Positions 1 through 11,199 of a stretch of 16,848 bases of DNA are shown piece after piece. The stretch lies in contig JBBHKD010000037.1 in NCBI GenBank assembly GCA_037447605.1, positions 1-16,848 of the forward strand, read 5' to 3'. The stretch's first letter is position 1. Each line of letters begins with the position of its first letter. The notes beneath the pieces were generated by a model that made no database searches, had not been told where the DNA came from, and worked only from the letters and a program-made list of their open reading frames with translations. The position numbers and the translations under genes were made by a program. This DNA is from Zygnema circumcarinatum SAG 698-1b. Its lineage: Eukaryota; Plantae; Zygnematophyceae.

Positions 1-81
1 TGCAGCCGGTGATAGGCTGCACCCAACTTTCCCGCCCACGAGATCATCAGTGATGAAGAGTGGCTGAAGATAGAGGGACAG

Positions 82-940
82 ATGCGATTAGGGCCTGCAG
101 TCCTCTCAGACCCGATCAAGCATTCTCAACTACGCCAAGTGCTGCGCCGAAATCACCTAGTTTTCGCACGACATTCACTCGACATCGGCAAGACACACTT
201 GATTGAGCACCACATCCGATGCGGGGGATCGCCTCTAAGTGATGACCACGACTCCCTACCGGCTTTTCGCCTTGGCGAGCGATGTCGAGCAACCGGTCGG
301 CGAAACGTGGGCTGGCGGATTGATGGGAACGGGAGGACCTTGGGCCCGGCGACCCGGCCGTTTTACCACCAAAGCGGATGGCACAACGGTCTGTGGAGAC
401 TATGTCGGAGGCCGAGCCTTGATGGCAGTGGGATCCTATACATTGCGGATGGATACTTATCACTCCGCGGCGTCTCCACGATGACCCGATGGTTCTCGTA
501 CGCTGGATATCACCGAGAGTCCTTACGGCCCGATCCTTTCGCGGCTCGAGCCCACGTCGGTACCAAGGGCGAGAGGGCTTGTAGCGGCCACCGCGCTTCG
601 TCTTTGATGGGCAGTGCTTCCCTTTAGGCTCAAGAATTCCAGCCAGACTCACCAGCGCCTGGCCAACCAGGTGTTCGGCCCCTGTCGTGCCTTCTGCGAA
701 CCTTACGTGGATGATGCTTCCCTCCACAGCAAGGATTGGTCCTCCCACGCAACACGGTATTGACCAAATCTCTTTGCAGCGGCTCGCCGGTCGCGGCGTT
801 TGAAGATTGCCCCAGAAATGCAAGTGGGGCCATGGGAGATCACTCACAGGACATGCGTCTTGGCATCAATGGTGAAACCCGTCAACTGACAAAATTGAGG
901 CCGGCCCGACTCATGCGGTTCATAGAACCTCCTTTCGGCT
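82..940 (+). pseudogene. pol: Element A reverse transcriptase (frameshifted)
   Basis: VFARHSLDIGKTHLIEHHI, PYRL and KADGT..C.DY, then PF(R)LKNSSQTHQRLANQVFG. Catalytic YVDD (tacgtggatgat) at 704-715. Confidence 0.9.
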
Positions 941-999
941 GAAATCTTTCTTGGGACTCACCTCATTACATGGAACAATGAGGGTTGTGCCCTTATCGC

Positions 1000-1440
1000 G
1001 GCGTCCCTACCATGCCGCCCGGAAACCGCGAGTCCACTGCACGAGATGGAGCGGCCTTGAGGATCTGCTCCTTCCATGCGCTCAAGAGTTGCCCTCGCCG
1101 GGGCTCCTTTATGCGCATCAATTCGACCCCCCACCACACGCCCGCGATCATTGGCGCCCGGCCCGGAGTGAGGCGGGCTTTAGGCGGTGTGATCAAGCGA
1201 TGTCGATGGGGAACACCGGTCGGTTATGCTAGCGAGATACGTTAGGAAACGAGACCAAATGCAGCCCTCGCGGCGGCGTACGGCTATTCTCACGGGCACT
1301 CGAAGTTTAAGCTCTTTATAGCCTACCAGCCCATTGTCATTGGTTGACCACATACCACTCACTTGGTACGCACATCATAGCTACCTGACCCAAGTTTGCC
1401 GCGTTAGGTGATGAAGTTGGAGGTATAATGTACTCAAAAG
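1000..1440 (+). pseudogene. pol: Element A RNase H (heavily degraded)
   Basis: Remnants FHALK, ALGGVI and PVGYAS, plus KFKLFIAYQPIV and DHIPLTW, match gypsy RNase H motifs. Boundaries are approximate. Confidence 0.7.
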
Positions 1441-1734
1441 GTCACTCACCCGTCGAGACCCGAGCCCCGCAGCTGTCTGAGGCGGCCTCCGGTCGAAATC
1501 GCCGGCTCCACTCCTGTCCGCGATCCGGCCGTTCGCGAACCCATCCCCCACACCCACCCTCTTGAACCACGAGCATCTTCCCGCCGAGATTTTTATTGCG
1601 GATCAAGACACGCATGATGTCATGATACAGCCGATGGGGCTGATTGATATTCGGCCACGGCCACCACCCTCCATCGCTGGCAAGACCCTGACTTCACCCA
1701 CGGCCACCCTCATGCGGATCCTTGGGAACTCCTC

Positions 1735-2157
1735 ATGGATGACGACGGCGAAGCTCCCTTTCTTCCTCCCCACTTCCCCAGTGCCAATGATGTTCACTCT
1801 GACTCCTCTCTTCTGCGTTACGTCATGACTCACACACTGCCCCCTTTTATCACTGACACCGAGAGGGCTTGGCTGCTCCGCCGCGCTCGGAACTTCTCTG
1901 TTGATGATGATGGTCAGATTCTCTACCTCCCCTCCGGCCTTCCTGTTCCTTTCCCCAACGAGCGCATGGAGATCCTGGATGTCGCCCACGATGCCCAGCC
2001 TGCCGGATTCCACCTTGGGCAGAAGAAGATGGTCGCCATGCTGCAGGAGCGCTACTATTGGCCCGGCCTCCATGGCGCGGTGAGCCGCTACATCGAAACC
2101 TGCACCCGCTGCCAACGCGGCAAGCGCTCTGCTCCCCCCGACCGCCAACCCCTATAG
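1735..2157 (+). pseudogene. pol: Element A RH-INT linker and integrase HHCC zinc finger (uninterrupted reading frame)
   Basis: AHDAQPAGFHLGQKKMVAMLQERYYWPGLHGAVSRYIETCTRCQRGK is a canonical H-H-C-C integrase zinc-binding domain. Confidence 0.93.
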
Positions 2158-2599
2158 AGATGGGTGAGATCAGAATCACGAGGCGTTTGAAGATTGGATC
2201 ATTGACACCTTTCTATCCCATTTCGGCACCCCTCGGCTACATTGGCGGGTGACTCTAGCTGGCGATTGGGCGGATACACCAAATGGGTGTTGGGGAAGTT
2301 CCGCCTTGGCAGAATCCTAAGCTTTTCAGTCCACTTTCTACTGCGTCTCCGGCGGTAAAATGTCCATTCACCGTCACTCTCTCCCCTACTCTGTTCACTC
2401 TGACAATGGCACTGAATACAAGGGGGCGTTTGCCAAGCTCATGCAAGACTTCCGCATAATTCACCGCACCTCTAGCCCCTACTCCCCCTGGCAGAATGGG
2501 CTTGCAAAACGTACCATACAGACCGTTAAGGACGCGTGTGTTTGCGGCTGCGCGGAGCTGGAGGCGGACTGGCGCGAGGTCATCCCCTCCCTGGTCTTC
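2158..2599 (+). pseudogene. pol: Element A integrase catalytic core (rve), interrupted by element B
   Basis: RHSLPYSVHSDNGTEYKGAF and HRTSSPYSPWQNGLAKRTIQTVK, then WREVIPSLVF up to the junction. Confidence 0.92.
2595..2599. repeat. Left target-site duplication of element B (TCTTC)
   Basis: Identical to TCTTC at 15886-15890. Both copies abut the LTR termini directly. Confidence 0.92.
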
Positions 2600-3292
2600 T
2601 GTAACGACTGAAAACCGCCTCTTCAGTCTGCGCGGAATCACACACCAGCACTCCGAGTTGTGAGAAGCGAAGCTTTAGAGTGTAGCGCGGCCAGGCAAAG
2701 GAGTGCAACCCGAATGCCGATACGTTGGTTGGGTAGCGGCAGGTCACCTAAGCCCCTTCTAAGCTTCCCCGTTGAACCTCCTACCCGGCATGGAGGATTG
2801 GAAGCGAGGCTGTCCAATGGCGAGGCGCCGCGTGTCCCTCGACGAATGGGTTAGAAGGTGTACAGCGTCACGAGCGCTCACCCGCGCATTCAGCGGCCTT
2901 GGCAGCACTTGTAGCGGCGCTTGGCAAATGCGTCGATTACTGCGGTCAGCGGATCCCTACGGCAGCGGCGGCCAGCGGAGTCAATGGCGGTCCGTCCGTA
3001 CCAGCGGTAACGTAATTATGCGGGGCGGCCGGTTCACGTTTATTCCCGAAACTAAGGAAGATGTGGTGGGATTCCGTGATCCCTGCGACCGCTCGGCTGC
3101 CCGATACATATGTATGTCTGTTATACGCGCGCGCCGAACCCTTCGCGACCCAGCCGCGGGTTAGATCGAGGACCTTCGATTAAGTAGGTGGTCCCGGCGC
3201 CTTGGCCCACTTCGGCCAGCGCGGTGAGAGTACTAGGGCCGGGCGCTTCCCTACTAAGTACACCTCCAGGTGGTGGCTGGCGTTGCGCTACA
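2600..3292 (-). repeat. Element B 3' LTR (693 bp)
   Basis: Termini TGTAACG and CGCTACA. Colinear with 15200-15885; shared blocks include gcctcttcagtctgc, gaatcacacacc, gtaccagcggtaacgta and ggattccgtgatccct. Confidence 0.92.
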
Positions 3293-3305
3293 TTACTCTC
3301 CCCAC
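3293..3305 (-). other. Element B polypurine tract
   Basis: Minus strand reads GTGGGGAGAGTAA immediately before the TGTAGCG start of the 3' LTR. Confidence 0.8.
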
Positions 3306-3532
3306 GGGGATGCTGAGCGCCCTGGATTCCGCGTGTGTGGGAAGTAGTAAAGCTGACTCGTAGTTTTGGCCGGCCACTTGTGTCCGAACTCTCGTGATAG
3401 CGGAGGGCTCATGATAATCGGTCAAGTCCCTTTTCAGGGGTTAGCGGGGGCGGCTCGGGGAACAGGTGCGCCCTGCGCTGGCTCTCTAGCGACTGCGCCT
3501 CAGTGCTGGGATTGATGAGCTCACGGCGGTGG

Positions 3533-3736
3533 TTAAGGATTGCCCTGCGGCTCCCATGTGCTATGTTCAGCCCCATAGCCCAACCACTTCACGAGGTATT
3601 CGTGACGGGAAGAGCGACCCTTGCTCACAATACGGTGGGCTTGAATGGTTTCAACTTTATACTCAAGTTCACCTTCAAGTTCCACTGGTGGGGGAGGTGG
3701 TTGGATCCTCCCATCGCTACTGTAGACCTTTAGCAA
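3533..3736 (-). pseudogene. pol: Element B integrase C-terminus with chromodomain
   Basis: EYKVETIQAHR..EYLVKWLGYGAEHSTWEP is a typical retrotransposon chromodomain. Confidence 0.93.
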
Positions 3737-4900
3737 GCCCGCGTGAAGACGGATGCACCGCCGTGGGATGGTAAAATCAACACTATGGCGACATCATTGA
3801 TTAAACCCAGCGCGACCTTAAAAGATCCCGATGAGCGGGGCCACGGCTGCGTGTTCGCCATAAGCTTTGAGTCTCAAGTTCGCCGTACTTAGCAACACCT
3901 CATCGCCTTCGTTGAAGGTGAGTTGGGTACGGTGACGGTCAGCATAGGCCATTTGTCGCGACTGGGCCGCTAGCAGGGTCCGCCGTGCCCTCTGCAGCGC
4001 CTCAGACATTAGTCGGACAAAAGATCTGACTGCGGGAGGTTGAGCCCCATCAGTCCCTCTCAGCTTCCAAGGATCGGGGTTTCTGTGGACGCCCATGTTC
4101 CACGGATCAGGGGACTGATCCCTTGGTTGCAGGGGATTTCGAGGATGCTGGCCAAAGTTCAAGAAGAAGGGGTGAGTGCAGATGGACTCACAGGAAGCAT
4201 TGATGATGGGCGTACTGCGCCTTTGGGGCGATTAGATCCCACCCATCGAGGGGTAGGTCCGCGCATAATGCGGAGGTAATCCTCCGGGATCACATTCACC
4301 GTTAAAGTCGGCCATGTCGGTTTTGCGGGTGGAAAATTTGTACTCAACGCGCTGCTTGGTCCCAGCGATTTTTGAGCACTTCCGTCAAAATGGCGGTGAA
4401 TCGTGGATCCGCGGTCGGGAACCACAATTTACGGTAGCCATCTCTTTGGCTCCACACTTTGTCAATACAACCCGTGCAATCGCAAATTAGGCCCGGCCGG
4501 TCTTAGTAGTTGGTGCAAAATGCACCATCTTCTTCGAGTCGATCGACAGACCCGAGGGATGGAGTCATGCCCAGGGTGTCCTGAGGGAAGATCGTGATCA
4601 AGGTCCTTCACCCACACTATCCCATTTCAGAAAGGAGGTGTGAGGGTTGCGGTGGCGGGGATCACGCGGTCACGGGGGTTCTATTTAGTTGACAAGTTGG
4701 ACAAAGCGGTACATAAACAAATCCCTCGAGAGTCAGGCCACCCAGAACTCCGGGCGATTGCCTCCGCAGGGTTTTAGCCTTCCCATGTGACCTGATGCGG
4801 AGGATCATGTAGCTCACCCCGGGAATGAGCTTTCTTGAAATGCAGTCCCGACGCCCAGGCACGACCAGCTGGCGGCGTGACTGCGGAATCCGGGTCATAG
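3737..4900 (-). pseudogene. pol: Element B integrase (zinc finger, rve core, GPF region), frameshifted
   Basis: CPTCQLNR near 4690, DR-DPRFT near 4400 and VN..EDYLR, then LNFGQHPRNPL and LTFNEGDEVLLSTANL. Confidence 0.9.
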
Positions 4901-5129
4901 ACACCACTTTGTCGCGCCAATGGCCGTACCTTGGCCATCCGAGAACCAAAGGATCACCAGTATATACCCTCACGAGATCATGCATGCGAGATAAGAGGCG
5001 GGAGGGTTGGCTGCGTCAGCGGTGGAGGGATCTATGACAAAGCATCTTGGAGGCGGAGGGCTTCGGGGGTTGGCGGCCCTCACCTCGTCATCTCGTTCCA
5101 CCAACACTTTCGAGTGTTAAACCCAGGCG

Positions 5130-5509
5130 CACCATCCGGGCAAGATCGCGAGGGCTGCCTTTCGATTAGATTACCTTACATTAGATCTTAAAGTGGAAGT
5201 AGACCCACTTTGGCGATCAAACCTTTGGAGGGAACTTCAGACCCGGCGTGCTGCCGCCTGGGCAAAGATGCATTTGGGTTGAGGAGGAGCGTCGGCGAGG
5301 CCGGTGAAATTGATGATAGCGCGTGAGCCGCTTTAAGCCCCCTACAAATGCTTACCCGCCATGTCCTCAGTGGACCCTTCCTGGCGAGTTCTACGTTACA
5401 TTTACTTGAGAATAGTTAGCGCTTCGGCGGGATTCATTTCGCGACTTTCATGCGCCCCGAGTTGACCATCTTGAAACAAGGCGGCACCCAAAGGGAATCG
5501 AGAAGCATC
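5130..5509 (-). pseudogene. pol: Element B RNase H
   Basis: DASRFPLGAALFQDGQLGAHESREMNPAE starts at 5509 and matches the gypsy DAS..AIGAVL.Q...IAYESR pattern. Confidence 0.85.
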
Positions 5510-6540
5510 ACAAACCATAAAAGGTTTGGGCCGAGATTAAAGCTAAGCGGAGAGTGGGTGCGTGGCTGGGAGTGCATGGCGCCGCCCGGACATCGGCATT
5601 AGGGGTCCATGTAAAGGGGACACGGAGCGTGTCCAGAATGTCAGGGGTATGCAGTTTACTAAACCCTTGGATGAACTTGAAAATAATTCGCCAAAACTTT
5701 GAGAAAAAGACCTCCAAGCTGATGTAGGTGATGGGGTGGCCAAGTTTCAGCGGAAACTTTGGCGGGGATCAGGTGAAGACCCTGATCGTGAGATATGCCA
5801 AGATAAAGCAACTTCGCGTTGCATGAGTGACCACGCTGCTTCCTCTTGGCATAAAAATTGGGTGCTTCCTCAGCGGGGTCTCTCAAACACTTTTCAGAGC
5901 GTGTTCAAGATGTTCCTCCTACGTCTTCTTGAAGATAATGAATATCATCGAGGTAAACCAAAACAAACTCGTCCATGCCGATGAACATTTCGTTCATCAC
6001 AGCCTGGAAAGTCGCCGGAGCATTAGTCAATCCAAAGGTCAACACCTTATATTGGAAGTGACCAATGCGGCGTCGGGCATGATTTTGGCACATGAAGCTT
6101 TTCATTGTGGCGGATCACGATGGTACCCACTGAAACCCAGATCAGTGAAGTAAACCTTTCTGGCCGTGAAGGCGATCAACGAGATCATCAATGCGTGGTA
6201 AAGCAAAGCGGTTCTTTCGCGGTGATCTTGTTGAGTCTTGGCGATAATCAATGCATCCTCAGCGAACCATCTTTCTTCCCAACAAACAAGATGCGGGCGA
6301 AAGGGGCCGGTACAGGTTCTATCGGCCGCTTTTCGCGTAAAGTTGCCAATTGCTTTTCGCATCTCCTGGTTTCTTTTGGAAGCCCAACGGAGTAGATCGC
6401 GGCCGCCAAAGTGACTTTGCTCGAGCTCAAAGGGGATTGTATTGCCCCACTCCTCTAGATGGTGGCAACCCTCTTGGAAGGTCGTCAGGGAAAACATCCC
6501 TGAACTCATCCAACAAAGGTTGGATTTTTACTTACTTGGG
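5510..6540 (-). pseudogene. pol: Element B reverse transcriptase and connection domain
   Basis: LLDEFRDVFPDDLPRGLPPSR and ILFVGKKDGSLRM, then [24 protein letters not shown]. Catalytic YLDD at 5955-5944. Confidence 0.95.
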
Positions 6541-6939
6541 TGGAAACTGACGAGGAAACACATCTGTAGATGTGATCACACGCCATTCTGTCGTGGGTAT
6601 GAACATCACCGATGGTACGCCTTGGCATACCATGACAGTGCAACCTTCATGGCTGCTCTGACCCAGTGCAAATTTGACGCGATAAGGAGTAGCGAGTTGC
6701 TTGATGCTTGGCCGGATGTGGCTCTGCCGGAATTCTTGAGGGTAAGCCTTTGTCCTGCCTTGCCGAGAATGCAATGTGGGACAAAAAGTCCATTTTGTGC
6801 TTTTGACCATGGTTAACCCAAACTCCCAAAATAGCTGTCGATTACCCGAGGGGGCGGTTGTGTTAGAAGACGCGGCGGCGGTGGGCAGACTTGGGTGTGG
6901 CAGGCCGGAGATCCTGGCCCGCTAGCGTCCATCCCGAAG

Positions 6940-7049
6940 TAACACTTTCTCAATGGGGATCACGTGGTCCAACCCATCTAGGGTGACCATGAGAACTATG
7001 AATTTAGCATCTGCCCGATGGCTGCTGGGTGGCCGATGGTGACCCGATG
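6940..7049 (-). pseudogene. pol: Element B aspartic protease, C-terminal half (split by element C)
   Basis: HRADAKFIVLMVTLDGLDHVI resembles the gypsy protease F.V..L...D.ILG motif and sits in the expected position before RT. Confidence 0.55.
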
Positions 7050-7935
7050 TGTTGGAGTCACGGATACGCTTTCGGCGCTCTTGCGGCGCCACCTAAGCGA
7101 TAATAAGCCCTCCATTGGAACTCCGGTTCCCCACCCGATGAACATCTTCACTCTCACGCTCACTCTATCTCCCTTCACTCGCAGCCCCATAACTCCCTGG
7201 GAATGAGCAGAGGCGAGCGGTAATCACACAGTATGGGAAGCTCATGGCTCTAAAACTCCTTTTATGAATGTCACCCACATGAGTTCTCCCCCTCTCACCC
7301 TAGCTGCTTCCTCCACTTACTCCACTGCAACCTTGCGACACAAGCGGAGACGGCCCGGCAACCGCGGCGGGCCTGAGAATAAGTCGAGGGACTCGGTAGT
7401 CTAATGTGGTTATGCTTCATAACAAAGGCTAAACCCTATATATACGCCATGGCCGTGTTAAAATTTGACATCTTCCTTGTTGACCCGATGTCGTCCGCGG
7501 CCGCCCTCATCGTTCCGGCCCGGCCGAATGCAGCGTTCAACATCGGCTTCGGTCTTTACGTAAGCATGCGGCCTGACCCTAGTCAGATTAGGTAAGATAC
7601 TGATTCCGCCGCCCTCGAGCGGTAGTTGTGTTTTAGCGTGGAAGTCGTCCAGCGCGCATCATGTTCGTTCGTGGCCCTTTACCGTACGATGGCCCGTCCG
7701 TAAATCTCCGTCGTCGCCATTTCGTATGGATTCCACTTATCCGTGGTGACTCGGTCTCCTCCGTGAGTTGACCTGCGATCCGCAGTCGCGGACTTCCACC
7801 GTGGCGGTTCATGGAGCATCCACCGACATCCTCAGCGCCCAGCGTCACGGACCCATGAACTTTGTTTGGCCCGACCGTATTTCTAGGAACGCACAGCGGA
7901 TCTCATGTTTCCTAAGGCTAGCCAGGCTCCCAGCA
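7050..7935 (-). repeat. Element C 3' LTR
   Basis: Termini TGTTGG and CCCAGCA. Colinear with 12211-13096; shared blocks include ggctctaaaactccttt, cttcataacaaag, gacatcttccttgttgac and tttggcccgaccgtattt. An alternative right end is 7947. Confidence 0.85.
7436..7447 (-). promoter_or_regulatory. Candidate TATA box in element C LTR (second copy near 12585-12595)
   Basis: Minus strand reads GCGTATATATAG. The motif is present in both LTR copies despite their divergence. Confidence 0.5.
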
Positions 7936-7961
7936 CCGCTGCCAGCAATCCCTGGCGGAGT

Positions 7962-8400
7962 TCACCATGGGCCCTGTGATGAGTGCATGACATGGCGTCT
8001 CTGCCCTTCCTTTGAGTCAACATCGCTGACCTGCTCCTTAGTCCCCACATGAGACTTCACAGCAATCATCCCTCACTACTTGTTTAAGCACATAATGTGT
8101 ACTCCTGTGCTTTGTCCTCTTATGAAACGAGGGGTTTTCAGCGAGGCATGGACGGCCCGATTATCCGTGAACAAAGTCAAGGGACGTTTGGCTATTTTAA
8201 AACTCATCAAAAGAAATGTTGGAACCAAACTCCCCTCGCCGCTGCGTGACATGCCCCATGTACTTTCGCCTTAGGTGCTGAACAAGCATAGCAGAATCAC
8301 AGCGAAACTCCATGAGATGGCTCCACCTCGCGTTGGGTAAACAAATCCAGTGCGTCGCGTCCGTCACCTCGGTCGGAGTCGGTGTATCCGATCACTTTCT
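7962..8400 (-). pseudogene. pol: Element C RNase H (Ty1 type)
   Basis: GYTDSD at 8389-8372, GGAISW, LTLFTDN, NPSFHKRTKH at 8136-8107 and HVGTKEQVSD. Confidence 0.9.
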
Positions 8401-9323
8401 GATGCGACCCTCTCACCGTACTTAGTCAGGTACTCCGGGAAGATTTGCAGTACGAGCAGAAGATTAAACTTTATGGCCTCGATACCGAGGTAGGGATTCT
8501 CCATGAGCAGAGCTGCGGCGCTCGACCCGTAAGTCGATTAGGGTACCAATCGTAGGTACATTAAACTTCCAGATAGCGGATAAATGCGGCACTCCGTGCA
8601 TGCGGTGGCATACCTCCGGCGTCGTCGGCGGGCTCCCGCATCTTCGACGATCTGGCGCGTCTCCGCCCGGTTGAGTTACGCGATGCGCACTCCTCCTGTG
8701 AATCTCGCTAGTACATCAGCGGCGTACTTCGCCACGACTTAGGAGCGGACTTCGTCCGCGCGCCGGTTGTATCCCGGAGGAATCACTGGCCTCCCTAGAT
8801 CGACATTTGGAAGTTAGCTTGCAAAAGCTTCTTCAGATCATTGATTCTCTCCAGTGAGAGACTCACCATAATGAGGTCATCCACATAGATCCCAACATAC
8901 ATGAGATCTCCCTCCTCTCCTTGTCGGTAGACGGAATGATCCGTCTCAAAATCCATTTCTCCTCAGAAGATCGTCAATCTTCTCGTACCAGATCCTAGGT
9001 GCCTGCTTCAGTCCGTACAGACTCTTCACTAGGCGACAGACGAGATGCTCCTGCCCCGGGACAACTTTCCCTTCGGGCTGCTCCATGTAGATCTCCTCAG
9101 CGAGATCTCCGTACAGAAACGCGGTCTTGATATCTAACTGATGGACATGCATCCCCTCAGCAGCTGCGATCAAAATTAGGGCACGGAGGGAGTTAAACTT
9201 CACCACCGGGGCAAAAGTCTCCATGTAGTCGATTCGTATACGGTACGTAGCCCTTAAGCCACCGGTGGCGCCTTGTAGCGATGCGACACTCGAAGATCCG
9301 CCTTTAAACTTCACCTTGAACAC
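8401..9323 (-). pseudogene. pol: Element C reverse transcriptase (RVT_2)
   Basis: DYMETFAPVVK, HQLDIKTAFLYGDLAEEIYMEQPEG and KSLYGLKQAPRIWY. YVDD at 8887-8876; GSLMYL remnant near 8560. Confidence 0.96.
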
Positions 9324-10049
9324 CCACTTGCATCAGTGGCTCTCCTTCGCCCGTGACTTCTCCGGTCGCCGCGTCCGGGTTCTGTCGGACTATTCCGCCG
9401 GTATCGTTGTTGCTCGCCGCCCATTATCGACGCCGGCGGGCCTCCTGCGAGGTTTTCGCGTACCGGTGATGCATGTAGCGATGGGCAACTCTAGCAGTCG
9501 GCCCGGTCGTGAGCACTCTCTCTGCATCCGGGTTAGTCTGCCGATGACACGTATGGATTCGGGCCCCTCACCACCCGCGGGTGCTCCTCCAGCGGTCCTT
9601 CGTTCTCCCACTCCTCGAGTTGAAGAAAATTCCGGGAACAAATCCCGGAGGCATCCTTGCCCTCATCGCGTCTCTCTCGGCCATATCCAGGTCCTCGGAC
9701 TCTGTCCGTGCAAAGATGCAGTTTCGCCCGAGGTCTTCCTCATCAGCGGGTGAGTGTAGTGGGGCCAGATGCTCAGGTCCTCCGGCTCCCCTTTGCGGCA
9801 CTTCGGGTTCGACTCCCGCCTCCGCCTCGACGTTCGACATTGCTCCTGAGTCAGCTCCTTCGCTCTCCGGCATGCTGATCTCCTCCAAAGCCGGGACCTT
9901 AGAGGCTTCAACGCCTTCTCCGCTGGTCTCCACGTCCTCATACACAATCTCAATCTGTCTTTTGGGGCTGGGTCTCACCCCTGGCAGCATCCGCCCTTTC
10001 GTCCAGGTGATGTCCTCAGGCTGCACTTCGCCCGGCTTTCAGCGGGTTC
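9324..10049 (-). pseudogene. pol: Element C integrase-RT linker (Glu/Ala/Pro-rich)
   Basis: EDITWTKG followed by low-complexity E/P/A-rich sequence, in the position expected for the copia INT-RT spacer. Confidence 0.7.
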
Positions 10050-10720
10050 CAAATCTGTAGATGCGGTACGTCCATGTTGTAGCCGAGAACATATCCTTCA
10101 GCGGCTCATGGGTCGAACTTCACTCTTACGTCTCGCCTTCGGCCTTTGTCGACCGGCGCTCAAACCGGTGGGGAAGCGGGTGGGCTTTCTCCTCCACCTC
10201 CTGGGAACCTGGTCGCGGAAACACAGAAGATGGAGGCATCTATTTCAAGGTAAGCTGCTGGTCATCACACGCTACTCTCCCAGAAAAGCTGAGGGAAGGG
10301 TCCCCTTGAGCATGAATTAAAGCGCCATGTCCCCCCAACATCCTATTTACCCTTTAAAGCCTCCATTACTTTGAGGGGAGTAGGGAGGCGGAAATTCATG
10401 CTAATTCCACTGAGTCTTGAAGTACTTTCGCCGAACTCCTTCGACGAACTCCCTCGGTTAATACGGCGCTGAGTCTTAGGTTCACATCGCTCTCTCATCT
10501 ATCGAGTGCGCCAATCTCGAGGCTCAGAAGCCTGGACTTGTTCTTGAGAATGTTCACCTGAAAATCCTTCGAGAAAAGTGATGAAGTACCGAGCTCCTCC
10601 ACTTGTTGCCGGTGTCACGGGGCCACAAAGGTCGGTGTGAACCAACTCCAGTTTCTCTAGCATGGTAAGCTCTCTCGGCTCCTAAGCGAATGGTTTTAGA
10701 TCGCCTTCCCTACACTCCTT
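10050..10720 (-). pseudogene. pol: Element C integrase core
   Basis: LELVHTDLCGPVTPATSGGARYFITFL at 10651-10570, YSPQSNG at 10382-10362, then FW.E and AAYL remnants. Confidence 0.92.
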
Positions 10721-11059
10721 GCAGCGAGCTCCTTCTCCACGACATCGTCTAACCACGGGACCAGCCCGCCGCGCGGCAAAATTTGTGCAACCCCCGATGG
10801 ATTAGATATCCCGAGTCGTGCCGAGGAGATTTATGGCGGTTCGTCCGACCATCACATCTTCATCCTCGTCGCTCCATAATGAAAGTGTCTGAGGCCTCCT
10901 TCTCGTACCCTCCCGAGCGGCAGCTTCACGAATCCTTTGCGTGGTATGCATAAGACTTCTCTTTGAACGTGATCTCGTACCCCCCTCTTTACGCTGGCTG
11001 CCGAGACATGAAGTTACGTTTTGATACCGAGGGGTGTGGGTATCAGCAGGCCTGGCAGC

Positions 11060-11150
11060 TCCTCCCTCTCTTGGTAGTGGCAGGTAGTCTCAGGAATCAT
11101 CTTGGCTACTCATGCCGTGGCTACATCCGCCACTCCGGGTTGCAGTGAAG
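11060..11150 (-). pseudogene. pol: Element C protease active-site remnant
   Basis: SG(G)CSHGMS resembles the copia DSGCS.HMT motif and lies at the expected position. Confidence 0.45.
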
Positions 11151-11199
11151 GCGGTCCAGTCAGCGTCAGAACATGCAGCAATAGCCACGTGTGTGTGGG

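Larger units (their letters stand above)
1..2599 (+). mobile_element. Element A: outer Ty3/gypsy LTR retrotransposon, pol region, left fragment (begins upstream of the window)
   Basis: Gypsy domain order RT, RNase H, integrase, read across frameshifts. It ends at the TCTTC target site where element B inserted. Confidence 0.92.

Noticed and set aside
1-21. Hairpin tgcagcc-N7-ggctgca at the window start
   Set aside because: A 7-bp stem in GC-rich pol coding sequence is expected by chance.
116-847. 243-aa minus-strand ORF, and similar antisense ORFs at 1603-2148, 9581-10060 and 14998-15738
   Set aside because: These are shadows of pol, gag or LTR sequence in GC-rich DNA, with no recognisable motifs.
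2772-3164. 130-aa ORF inside the B 3' LTR
   Set aside because: The frame is not maintained in the 5' LTR copy.
10371-10388. PPT-like ttgaggggagtagggagg on the plus strand
   Set aside because: It is the antisense of the integrase YSPQ codons and has no adjacent LTR.
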